Source: an archaeon
Lineage (GTDB): Archaea > Iainarchaeota > Iainarchaeia > Iainarchaeales > CSSED10-239
Assembly: GCA_041657425.1 (NCBI GenBank)
Contig: JBBABY010000001.1
Location: forward strand, 30,001 to 62,000
Length of the DNA: 32,000 nt
Direction: 5' to 3'
How positions within the stretch are numbered: the stretch's first letter is position 1; each line of letters begins with the position of its first letter. The notes under the pieces were generated by a model. That model saw only the letters and a list, made by a program, of their open reading frames with translations. It did no database searches and had not been told where the DNA came from. Positions 1 through 8,126 of the stretch are shown one piece after another. A program made the position numbers and the translations under genes.

Positions 1-293
1 ACTGCTGTATGTTTCTTTCCATTAGTCACAAGATAATCATCAATCCAACCAAATAAATCATGGCCACTTGGAGTAGACTCAAAATTCAATTTGGGGTTAC
101 ATTGATGAGTATGTATCTCTGTATATTTACCAGTTAAATATTTCCCTTTTTCATCATAACTTACTTTATTTTCATCAGCGTCTCTAGTTTTTTCAATAAA
201 GTTTTCTCTAGCTTTCTTATATCCAAACACTTCATGTTTTATTCTTCCATGACAATTTTCTATTTGTTGTTTGAAGGTCGGACGACTTGGCAT
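1..293 (-). CDS. hypothetical protein, N-terminal part only (gene runs off the window start)
   Basis: My own minus-strand translation from the ATG at 293..291 gives MPSRPTFKQQIENCHGRIKHEVFGYKKARENFIEKTRDADENKVSYDEKGKYLTGKYTEIHTHQCNPKLNFESTPSGHDLFGWIDDYLVTNGKEHTA..., open to position 1. The ATG lies 2 nt after the rad50 stop, so the genes are probably co-transcribed. The N-terminus is Cys/His-rich and I recognise no family; there is no Mre11-like N-terminal DxH motif. Not in the supplied ORF track because it is truncated. Confidence 0.5.
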   Translation of the reverse strand, partial: MPSRPTFKQQIENCHGRIKHEVFGYKKARENFIEKTRDADENKVSYDEKGKYLTGKYTEIHTHQCNPKLNFESTPSGHDLFGWIDDYLVTNGKKHTA

Positions 294-295
294 AA

Positions 296-2518
296 TTATT
301 CCTCTTTTACAAACGATACACCATCATTTTCTTTATCTCTTTCAATAATATACTTGCTTGCATTTATTGTTTCAAGAAGCTTTGAATCATGAGTAATTAT
401 AAATATTTGGTCAACAAGCTCTGGAAGATCTTTTTCAAGAATTGTTGAAAGCATCGAAATGGTTTTAGTATCCATGTTGTGTGTTGGTTCATCAAGGATT
501 AAAAGTCCTAGTTTCTTTGTTAAGGAAAGAGCAATTGCAACTCTTATGCTTAATGCAGCACAGGTTCTTTCTCCTCCGCTAAGAAGCCCTTCAACCCTTA
601 TCCATTCTTTTTGAAGAGTTAAAACTTCTAACACATAATCATTTTCTGCTTTTAATCTTGCAGAAAGATAATCGCCGTAAGGATAAACCTTTGGCCAAAT
701 GATATCTAGTGTCTGGTTAATATTATCAACTAAAACTTTTCTTAAATGCTCTTGACTATTCTCAAGAGCCACTCCAAAGAAAGTCATATCTTTCTGTTTT
801 GTTTCTAGATTTGCAATTGATTGTTCTTTTTCAAGTAATTGCTTTGATAATTGATTATGTTGTTCTTTTACTTTCTCTAAATCTTTTATTCTTTCTTGGA
901 TTAAAGAAATTTGAGAATCATTATTCCTTATATTTTCTTCTTGGGATTTATTGTCTGTCAAAAGAGAAATATATTTGTTTTCATCATAGGATATAACTGA
1001 AAGCTTTTGAAATAACTGTTGTTGACTTACAAGCACTTCTTTTTGAGAAACTAACTTTGTTTGATAATCACTGGCAAGATTTATGTTTTCTAAATCCTTT
1101 TCAATTACTTTTGTATCTGCTGGTTTGCCTAATTGCCTTTCTTCCACTTCAAGCTTTTGTTTTTCTTCTTGCAACTTTACTTTCTTTTCCTTTAATAATA
1201 ATTGTTCATTTGCCTTTTTTTCTTGAGATTGAAGTTGAGTTAAAGAAAACTTTGTTTCTTGAAGAGATTTTTCAAGCTTTGAAAGATTTTCGATAACTTC
1301 TTTCTGTTGTTCCTCTTTAACTTTTAATTTATCTGAAATCTGAACTACAGTTAAAGGAGAATCACAAACAGGACAATTGGAGAATCCTTTCTCTAATTCA
1401 GCGATTGCTTTTAAATTCTCGTTTTTCTGAGAAAATAACTTTGATTGCTCTTGAACAGATTGATTAAGTTTCTCTGAAAAGGCTTCTTTTTGCTTTGTAA
1501 TAAATGAAATATCTAAAGTTGAATCAAGAGATTTTTCAAGAATTTCTAGTTGATTATTAAAAAAGATTTTTTGACTTATTAAAGTTTTAACCTTAATATC
1601 TAGTTCTTGATTTTCTTTTAATTGCTTTTGTAAAACTAATTTATTTTCTAAAAGTTGTTCTTTTGAAAAAGAAAAGAAATGGTTTTTCTGCTTTTCTAGA
1701 TTTGTAATTTCATTTATTAATTGCTTTAATCTGTAATCAAGAACTCCTAGTTCTTGCTTTAAAGAATCAAATTGTTGTTTTTGCTTAGAAGAAGCCTCAA
1801 GTTCTTGCTTTAGAGAATTACCTTTCTGTTTCAATTCGTCTGTTGCTTTTAACAACAAAGAAATTTTTTCTTTATTTTCAAGAATCGACTTCTCTGTTTC
1901 AGATATATCATAATTTCCAAGTTGCGTTTGTAATTGCCGAATCAATCTTTGATTTGCATCAAGTTCTGTGTCAAGAAAAGACTTTACTTTTCTGGAATTC
2001 TCCTTTATTTTCTCAAGATGAACAATTCCAAAAAGATTATCAAATTGTTCTTTTCTTTTTGCTGGAGCAATCTTTAAAAAATAATCAATCTCGTTTTGTT
2101 CACTATAAACAATCTTAACAAACAAGTCATAATCAATACCTAATATCTCAGTAACCTTATCTGTAACGTCTGTTTGTTTTGGACCCGCCACTAACTTTCC
2201 ATCTTTAAAAAGCTTAGCAGTATTTACTTTCTCTGCAAATACTTCTCTTTCTATCTTGTAACTCTTTGAATCGAAATCAAACTCTAAAGTTACTTTTGCT
2301 TCTTTTCTCTTGATGGGCTTAAACATTATGTTTTCTGCAAGACTTATCTTTCTGTTTTGAAGACTTGGAAAAGATCCAAAAAGAGAATAACAAATGGCAT
2401 CAACAATACTTGACTTTCCTGCACCAATCTTTCCTACAAGTATATTTGTGCCGTTATTGAAATTAATTTTTGTATTCTGGTGCGTCTTCCAGTTTTCTAA
2501 GATTATTGATTTAATCAT
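296..2518 (-). CDS. rad50: Rad50 DNA double-strand-break repair ATPase (SMC-like)
   Basis: 740-aa ORF with Walker A GKIGAGKSS near the N-terminus and long heptad-rich coiled-coil arms. A central CxxC zinc hook is present (FSNCPVCDSPL). Also present are the ABC signature LSGGERTCAAL, Walker B LLILDEPTHNMD and a terminal ITHD H-loop. Confidence 0.9.
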   Translation of the reverse strand: MIKSIILENWKTHQNTKINFNNGTNILVGKIGAGKSSIVDAICYSLFGSFPSLQNRKISLAENIMFKPIKRKEAKVTLEFDFDSKSYKIEREVFAEKVNTAKLFKDGKLVAGPKQTDVTDKVTEILGIDYDLFVKIVYSEQNEIDYFLKIAPAKRKEQFDNLFGIVHLEKIKENSRKVKSFLDTELDANQRLIRQLQTQLGNYDISETEKSILENKEKISLLLKATDELKQKGNSLKQELEASSKQKQQFDSLKQELGVLDYRLKQLINEITNLEKQKNHFFSFSKEQLLENKLVLQKQLKENQELDIKVKTLISQKIFFNNQLEILEKSLDSTLDISFITKQKEAFSEKLNQSVQEQSKLFSQKNENLKAIAELEKGFSNCPVCDSPLTVVQISDKLKVKEEQQKEVIENLSKLEKSLQETKFSLTQLQSQEKKANEQLLLKEKKVKLQEEKQKLEVEERQLGKPADTKVIEKDLENINLASDYQTKLVSQKEVLVSQQQLFQKLSVISYDENKYISLLTDNKSQEENIRNNDSQISLIQERIKDLEKVKEQHNQLSKQLLEKEQSIANLETKQKDMTFFGVALENSQEHLRKVLVDNINQTLDIIWPKVYPYGDYLSARLKAENDYVLEVLTLQKEWIRVEGLLSGGERTCAALSIRVAIALSLTKKLGLLILDEPTHNMDTKTISMLSTILEKDLPELVDQIFIITHDSKLLETINASKYIIERDKENDGVSFVKEE

Positions 2519-2560
2519 AAGTAAATATATTAATGTATATTTTGTTTTAAATACCTATTT

Positions 2561-2602
2561 CTTCAAATTCACAAAAAAATGAGGGAGTGGGTTTTATAAA
2601 CC
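2561..2602 (+). promoter_or_regulatory. conserved upstream element plus TATA-like box of pilin operon 1 (copy A)
   Basis: CTTCAAATTCACAAAAAAATGAGGGAGTGGGTTTTATAAACC matches 14124..14165 at 34 of 42 positions without gaps. The 3' part is TATA-like (TTTTATAAA) and ends 20 nt before the ATG at 2623. No SD lies in between, which suggests a leaderless mRNA. Confidence 0.5.
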
Positions 2603-2622
2603 TCTTTTGCACATAAATATTT

Positions 2623-2802
2623 ATGAAAATAATAAATGATTGTAGAGGACAGATCTCTGCAGAAATGATTATTCTCTTAGCTGCCATTGTTGCTATTGTT
2701 CTTGTTATAATTACTCAATTACAGAAAACTACTGCTAAAGCAAATACCACTGTAGAAAAAACCGCAGACAAAATATTTGACAAGATTAATGATATTGACT
2801 AA
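2623..2802 (+). CDS. short class III signal peptide pilin (59 aa, QxSxExxxL type)
   Basis: Not in the ORF track (below its size cutoff). My translation is MKIINDCRGQISAEMIILLAAIVAIVLVIITQLQKTTAKANTTVEKTADKIFDKINDID*. RG|QISAEMIIL matches the class III signal peptide motif (Q at +1, QxSxExxxL) exactly and is followed by a hydrophobic helix. The size and layout resemble very short archaeal major pilins. Confidence 0.7.
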   Translation: MKIINDCRGQISAEMIILLAAIVAIVLVIITQLQKTTAKANTTVEKTADKIFDKINDID

Positions 2803-2805
2803 TTT

Positions 2806-3189
2806 ATGAAAGGATTTATTAGTTTAGAATATATTTTATTATTTGCAAGTGTGCTATCTATTCTTTCAATTACTGTTGTTGGTGTTATTTCTCTTTACAA
2901 TCGAAATATTACTGCAATTGATAACTCTCGTTTTCTTGATTTCTGTAAAGAACTAAAATCAAAGGTAGAACTAATGGAACTAATGCCTGAAGGAAAACTT
3001 GAAATTGAAGCAAGAAATTTAAAAGATTGGGAATTAAAGAAAAATAACTCTAGAGAAATTGAATTAACTAATGAAACAAAGAATTGTAAAATCAATACTA
3101 CTCTTTCAATTACTGGCGAGAATCAAACCTTTAAAAATAATCAAAAAATCACATTACAGAAGCAGAATAATACTTTAAATATTAATTGA
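2806..3189 (+). CDS. class III signal peptide protein (pilin-like)
   Basis: The N-terminus MKG|FISLEYILLFASVLSILSITVV has a short basic leader, a KG cleavage-type site, an xSxExxxL motif and a hydrophobic helix. The ORF starts 3 nt after the preceding pilin stop. The mature part is rich in N-x-S/T sequons. Confidence 0.6.
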   Translation: MKGFISLEYILLFASVLSILSITVVGVISLYNRNITAIDNSRFLDFCKELKSKVELMELMPEGKLEIEARNLKDWELKKNNSREIELTNETKNCKINTTLSITGENQTFKNNQKITLQKQNNTLNIN

Positions 3190-3204
3190 TTTACTAATTA
3201 TTAT

Positions 3205-3720
3205 ATGGAATTTAATGAAATAATGCATATTTTATTCTTTCCAGGAATAATCTTACACGAATGTGCTCATGCACTTGCTTGTATATTGCTTGGTGTGCAG
3301 ATTAAAAAAATTAAGTTTATTGGTAAAGAAGGAGGATATGTGGTTCATGAAGACTCCAAAGATTATAAGATTATAATTATCTCATTATTTCCGTTTTTAT
3401 TTAATATCTTAATATCTCTATTATGTGCAAGAGTTTTATTATCAACAATAGACCCTTTCTATAAAATATTAATGGTTTGGATAGGCATTGCCGCACTTTT
3501 CTTTTGTGTACCTAGTGACCAAGACACAGACAACTCCTTTGATGCAATTAAAAGAACATACACTAAGAAACAAAGTGCAATAAGCCTACTAATAAAGATA
3601 TTATTATCTCCTTTAACTCTTTGTTTATTGATTGTTTTAGGACTATTCAAGCTTTTTGACAAAGTCATTGCTATAAGACTACTTTTAGTGGGATTTTGGA
3701 TATATTTGTTTGTTATCTAA
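3205..3720 (+). CDS. polytopic membrane protein with HExxH zinc-metalloprotease motif
   Basis: 171 aa with HECAH inside the first hydrophobic segment (FFPGIILHECAHALACILLG) and several further predicted TM helices. It is co-directional with the two pilin-like genes and 15 nt downstream of them. Family not assigned with certainty (DUF3267/M50-like guess). Confidence 0.55.
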   Translation: MEFNEIMHILFFPGIILHECAHALACILLGVQIKKIKFIGKEGGYVVHEDSKDYKIIIISLFPFLFNILISLLCARVLLSTIDPFYKILMVWIGIAALFFCVPSDQDTDNSFDAIKRTYTKKQSAISLLIKILLSPLTLCLLIVLGLFKLFDKVIAIRLLLVGFWIYLFVI

Positions 3721-3809
3721 AAAGAATAATATTTAAACCTTACCGACGATATATATATTATAGATAGACCTTATTTTAGTCGTATTTATAATTAAAGGAA
3801 TGAATAAAA

Positions 3810-4016
3810 ATGGTTGGGAAATTAACAAAGTATGAAATTACTAGACTTGTATCTGCTAGAGCACAGCAATTATCTTGCGGAGCTCCACCACTTGTTAAGT
3901 TTGGTAAAGAGAGTAGTGCTTATTCAATAGCAAAAGAAGAATTTGATAATAAAACCATTCCATTAGCAGTCATTAGAAACATAAACAACGTAAAAGTTGT
4001 TGTTACAGTAAATTAA
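3810..4016 (+). CDS. rpoK: DNA-directed RNA polymerase subunit K (Rpo6)
   Basis: 68 aa. LTKYEITRLVSARAQQLSCGAPPLV...IAKEEFDNKTIPLAVIR matches the Rpo6/RpoK core (LTKYER..L.GARA.Q.s.GAp). Confidence 0.85.
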   Translation: MVGKLTKYEITRLVSARAQQLSCGAPPLVKFGKESSAYSIAKEEFDNKTIPLAVIRNINNVKVVVTVN

Positions 4017-4030
4017 AGGAGTTTTAAATT

Positions 4031-4300
4031 ATGGGTAAATCAATATCAAATAAGATTAAATCAAAAGCAAAGATAATATATAATGAATTTAAAAGCGATT
4101 TTGGAGTAGAGTTTAAAGCAAATAAAGACTTTATCAAGACTATGGCTCTTCCATTATCAAAATTAACAATCAACTTAATGGCAGCATACATTACAAGATC
4201 TGTAAAGAAAGACAAAAAAGAAGCAGCAGCTTTAAAGATCAAGATTGATCCTAACACTGTGCCAACAAGTAAACCAGTTAATAGAAACATAACACATTAA
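4031..4300 (+). CDS. rps17e: 30S ribosomal protein eS17 (S17e) with a basic C-terminal extension
   Basis: MGKSISNKIKSKAKIIYNEFKSDFGVEFKANKDFIKTMALPLSKLTINLMAAYITRSVKK follows the S17e pattern (MG..R...vKr.a..l.e....f..dFe.NK......s.k.lRNkiAGY.T). An AGGAG SD lies 10 nt upstream. Confidence 0.8.
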   Translation: MGKSISNKIKSKAKIIYNEFKSDFGVEFKANKDFIKTMALPLSKLTINLMAAYITRSVKKDKKEAAALKIKIDPNTVPTSKPVNRNITH

Positions 4301-4469
4301 TGTGTTATCTTCTTCTTCTTTTATTTGAATTTAATAATCTGTGTACGTGGTGCTTTAAACCATAGGCCATAGGATTACTATTTTTATTAATATTAGTTAA
4401 TCAAGTATCTTTTAATTATAATATAAAACGCCCAAATATATTTAAATGATATCGGTAAAAACTAGAGAA

Positions 4470-5504
4470 CTAGTAACTTAACGGATATCTTAATACTGCA
4501 ATAATTCCGCTAAAGGATTTTAAGGACTTTGAAACTTCATGAGTGTCATCAACTATATGTACTTTTACTTTTTGCTTATCTGCCCTTTTTATTAGTTCTT
4601 GAATCTTGTCCACATCACTTTTCCATAAACTTTCAGAAATAAGAATTGTTTCACAAGCTCCCATATCTACAGACTTTGAAACTTCTATCAAGCCATAACT
4701 TACTTTTTTATTATCTTTTCCTAAGTTTTCAAGAAACTGCTCAAATACTTTTTGTTCCTTATAAACTATTGAGTTTTCAAAGAATCTAGACACTTCAGCT
4801 TTTGTAAAAAGTTCTGAAATTGAAGACTTTTCCGTATTTTGAATATTTATTTCTAAAATATTCTTTTCTTTCTGTCTTTGTTTAATATATTCTGATAATT
4901 TAGTTTTTGTTGCTCCAGGACCTGCGATGATTATTTGACAATCAAATTTTGAAACTACAGAAAAAACTTGAGTGAAATATTCTTGAAAATCAAAATCTCC
5001 AGAATATCTTTTACCGTGCTTTCCTGAATCAATTGTTGCCACATCATTTGTTCCTATATTTGTTAGTTCAAAGATACTTGCTCTCTCATCATCAAGAGCA
5101 ATTAACAAAACAGAAACTGAAAATGCAGAATTGTTATTATGCAATAAATCTAATTGGTGTTGATAGAACTGAGGCTTAACAATTGTATAATTTTTATTTA
5201 ACTGAATCTCAAGAGTATGATGTTCTCCAATTGGTGCAAGTTCTTGTGGCTTACTATCTACAATCTTTCCTGTAAATCTTAAAGAATTAAGTTCCACAGA
5301 GAAATCAAATTTCTCAACAGCTAAAGAAACAAACACCGGCTTTCTTGTTGATTCACTATCTGCCTCATTACCTCTTGTTCTTCTAAAAGATTGGCCAGAA
5401 ATTGTGTCTCCAATATCAGTAATTGATTTAATAATCCACAAATCCTCAAGAGTCTGAGGAATAAAAACAACTTTGCCATCCTTTTGTAAAGATAAAATAT
5501 TCAT
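4470..5504 (-). CDS. pelA: Pelota/Dom34 mRNA-surveillance (ribosome rescue) factor
   Basis: aRF1-like three-domain protein, MNILSLQKDGKVVFIPQTLEDLWIIKSITDIGDTISGQSFRR... The track start at 5513 is a TTG. I prefer the ATG at 5504, which has a GTGAT SD-like box just upstream. Confidence 0.85.
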   Translation of the reverse strand: MNILSLQKDGKVVFIPQTLEDLWIIKSITDIGDTISGQSFRRTRGNEADSESTRKPVFVSLAVEKFDFSVELNSLRFTGKIVDSKPQELAPIGEHHTLEIQLNKNYTIVKPQFYQHQLDLLHNNNSAFSVSVLLIALDDERASIFELTNIGTNDVATIDSGKHGKRYSGDFDFQEYFTQVFSVVSKFDCQIIIAGPGATKTKLSEYIKQRQKEKNILEINIQNTEKSSISELFTKAEVSRFFENSIVYKEQKVFEQFLENLGKDNKKVSYGLIEVSKSVDMGACETILISESLWKSDVDKIQELIKRADKQKVKVHIVDDTHEVSKSLKSFSGIIAVLRYPLSY

Positions 5505-5520
5505 TGCTATCAATCACTTT

Positions 5521-7059
5521 CTAATAATCAAATAAATCTTCTGCCATATACTCTGGAACTTTCTCTTCAAGAATTTTCAAGATTGTTGGAGCGATGTTTG
5601 CTATTGAACACTCGCTTGCTTCTCTTAACTTGTATTCCTTGTTTGACACAAGAATAAATGGAACTTTATTAAGACTATGAGCTGTACTTATTTTTCCATC
5701 CTTTGTTAACATCTCATCACAGTTTCCATGATCTGCTGTAATAATTACAGTTGTGTTTTCAAGATTTACCCTCTTCATTATTTGCTCTAAACATTGATCA
5801 ACTGTTTCCAGTGCTTTTATTGTTGCTTCAAGATTACCAGTGTGACCAACCATGTCTCCATTTGCAAAATTAACAACAGTTAACTTGTAATCGTTTGGAA
5901 GAGTTTCAATTACTTTTTGAGTAATAATCTTTGCAGACATATCTGGTTTTTGATCATAGGTTGAAACACTAGGAGATGAAATAAGTATTCTGTCTTCTCT
6001 TTTATAAGGGTGTTCATCTCCTTGATTAAAGAAGTAAGTAACATGAGCATACTTCTCAGTTTCTGCAACTCTTAATTGTTTATAACCAAGTTCAGAAATA
6101 ATTTTTCCAAGACCTTCTGGTTGCTTACTTGGTGGAAACAAAACTTTTATGTTTTTTAATTTAGAATCATATTCAGTAAATGTTATGAAATTAATATTCA
6201 TCTTCTTTGTTTGAAATTTATCAAAACTCTTATCTACAAATAATTTTGTAAATTCTCTTGCTCTATCGCTTCTGAAATTGAAAAAGATTATTGTGTCATT
6301 TGCTTTTATTAGCCCATTTTCATTAAACAAAGTAGGAGTCAAAAATTCGTCTGTGATTTCCTTTGCATAACAATTATCAACATACGCTATAGGATCTGTT
6401 TCTCTTTCTCCAATCCCATTAACTATCAAATTGTAAAGTTTCTTTTGTCTATCCCAGCGATTGTCTCTATCCATTCCATAGTATCTTCCGCAAATACTTG
6501 CTATACTTATTTTATGGTTGCCCGCAATTCTTTTTTGAACTTCTGCAACATATATTTTTGCAGACCTTGGATCAACATCTCTTCCATCTGTAAAAAGATG
6601 AAGATATACTTGAGAAAGATTATTGTATCTATTTACTAATTCCAATAATGCAAACAAATGATTAATCGAAGAATGAACTCCTCCATCACTTAACAAACCA
6701 ACAATGTGCAGACTTTGAAAACCTTTTATATTTGTTAATTCTGTGTTTAATAATTTATTCTTAAAAAACTCTCCTGTGCTTATTGCTTTGTCAATTCTAA
6801 CAATCTCAGAATCAATAATTCTTCCTGCACCTATTGTGAAGTGGCCAATTTCTGAAGACCCAATCTGTTTCTTTGGAAGTCCCACATACTCTTCGCTTGC
6901 TCCAAGAGTGACGTTTGGATAAATTGCTTTTAGATTATTATAAACTGGCATATTTGAAAGAGTAACTGCATTTCCTGGATATGTTTTATTTACTCCAACT
7001 CCATCAAGGATAATTAATAACATCTTATTTTTATTTTTCTTCTTGTTTAGTCCAAACAT
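5521..7059 (-). CDS. gpmI: 2,3-bisphosphoglycerate-independent phosphoglycerate mutase, bacterial GpmI type
   Basis: 512 aa with motifs LIILDGVG, SEIGHFTIGAGR, GLLSDGGVHS, HLFTDGRDV, NFANGDMVGHTG and ITADHGN. Confidence 0.9.
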   Translation of the reverse strand: MFGLNKKKNKNKMLLIILDGVGVNKTYPGNAVTLSNMPVYNNLKAIYPNVTLGASEEYVGLPKKQIGSSEIGHFTIGAGRIIDSEIVRIDKAISTGEFFKNKLLNTELTNIKGFQSLHIVGLLSDGGVHSSINHLFALLELVNRYNNLSQVYLHLFTDGRDVDPRSAKIYVAEVQKRIAGNHKISIASICGRYYGMDRDNRWDRQKKLYNLIVNGIGERETDPIAYVDNCYAKEITDEFLTPTLFNENGLIKANDTIIFFNFRSDRAREFTKLFVDKSFDKFQTKKMNINFITFTEYDSKLKNIKVLFPPSKQPEGLGKIISELGYKQLRVAETEKYAHVTYFFNQGDEHPYKREDRILISSPSVSTYDQKPDMSAKIITQKVIETLPNDYKLTVVNFANGDMVGHTGNLEATIKALETVDQCLEQIMKRVNLENTTVIITADHGNCDEMLTKDGKISTAHSLNKVPFILVSNKEYKLREASECSIANIAPTILKILEEKVPEYMAEDLFDY

Positions 7060-7078
7060 ATTTATTCAACTTTTATAA

Positions 7079-8095
7079 TCATTTACTTTCTACTTGTTTA
7101 TATTCTTTGTCTTTTTTTAATAATTGTAATGGATGCCTGACTTTACAATCTGCCACACATAAATCATTTGATTTAAGAGTTTCACAATTTGCTATTGAAT
7201 ATTGTTTTTCAAGTATCTTCTTTATCTGATAACCCGCTATCCTTTCATCAAAGTTTGGTGCTTGTTTGTAAACGCCAAGCATGTCTTCATAATTGTAACC
7301 AACACCTGCCAAAAAAACCGCCAAATGATAATTTCCAATATGTGAAAGCTTCTTTCCTGCTAAGAGATTTGTGTAGAGTCTATCAAAACAAGGAGGAAAC
7401 TTATTATTTTCAAGTTTTCCTGAAAATCTATAATCTACATTCTCTTGAACTCTTTGTTTTGAAATAAATTGTTTCTTTACAGTTTCAGCAATCTCTAAAA
7501 ATGGTTTTGGTAATTCCTTCTTGTTAATCTCTGTTTGTCTTAGTATTCTTTTCTTTAAAGCCACCGCTAGAAAATCAATCAATTGTTCTTTATTTGGAAA
7601 GAAAATATTTCCATTATCAAGATTAGTATACTGAAGTTTATAGTCTTCGCCAAGATCAAGAGTCAATAAATCAATTAGAGAAATATAATATTGCTCCTTT
7701 CTTGAATCAAATAATAATTGAGGAGAGATGTCCTTTACTATTTCTTTAAAATTCTCTTCGTGAGTTTCTTTCTTAATAAAATAAACAAACCTTGCTTTAT
7801 AATAATTTGCAAAGCTTTGAGTAAGGGGGGTGTTATCAATCACTGAAAGAACAATCTTTGAAAGAGGATAAATTTTAACATAACTTGCAGCTATTGCTTC
7901 GTCACTTATCTTATGAATAATAAACCAATATTTTTCTTGGTCTTTATAATCTAAATTTACTTCTTCATTTAAAAATTTCTTTACTTTCTCTAAAGTTGAA
8001 TATTCCACTGACAGTAAGTCAATTCCTTTACTTGCTATGTATTCTCTTGCTTTATTTGAAAAAGGATACTTTAGAAGATAATTATAATCTTGCAT
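7079..8095 (-). CDS. priL: DNA primase large subunit PriL
   Basis: 338 aa. PPCFDRLYTNLLAGKKLSHIGNYHLAVFLAGVGY (the PriL PPC...L..G..L.H..R..L..FL motif) plus C-terminal Cys ligands (NCETLKSNDLCVADCKVRHP) fit a 4Fe-4S domain. Confidence 0.8.
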   Translation of the reverse strand: MQDYNYLLKYPFSNKAREYIASKGIDLLSVEYSTLEKVKKFLNEEVNLDYKDQEKYWFIIHKISDEAIAASYVKIYPLSKIVLSVIDNTPLTQSFANYYKARFVYFIKKETHEENFKEIVKDISPQLLFDSRKEQYYISLIDLLTLDLGEDYKLQYTNLDNGNIFFPNKEQLIDFLAVALKKRILRQTEINKKELPKPFLEIAETVKKQFISKQRVQENVDYRFSGKLENNKFPPCFDRLYTNLLAGKKLSHIGNYHLAVFLAGVGYNYEDMLGVYKQAPNFDERIAGYQIKKILEKQYSIANCETLKSNDLCVADCKVRHPLQLLKKDKEYKQVESK

Positions 8096-8126
8096 AAATA
8101 TATTTAAGACGTAAAAATATATAAAA

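Noticed and set aside
799-2582. Plus-strand ORFs 799..996, 1057..1296, 1843..2118 and 2394..2582 in the track
   Set aside because: They lie antisense to the well-supported rad50 gene, and their low-complexity F/L/I-rich translations are typical of shadow ORFs in AT-rich DNA.
2579-2599. Tiny uORFs inside the conserved 42-nt motifs (MREWVL* at 2579..2599; MECGLNKPENT* at 14143..14178)
   Set aside because: Their peptide sequences and lengths are not conserved between the two copies, whereas the DNA is. This fits a cis element rather than a leader peptide.
4024-4290. 88-aa minus-strand ORF
   Set aside because: It is antisense to the eS17 gene, which has clear family motifs and an SD. The shadow ORF has neither.
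4360-4373. Tandem heptamer CCATAGGCCATAGG between the convergent eS17 and pelota genes
   Set aside because: There are only two short units and no associated structure or partner elsewhere in the window, so significance cannot be argued.
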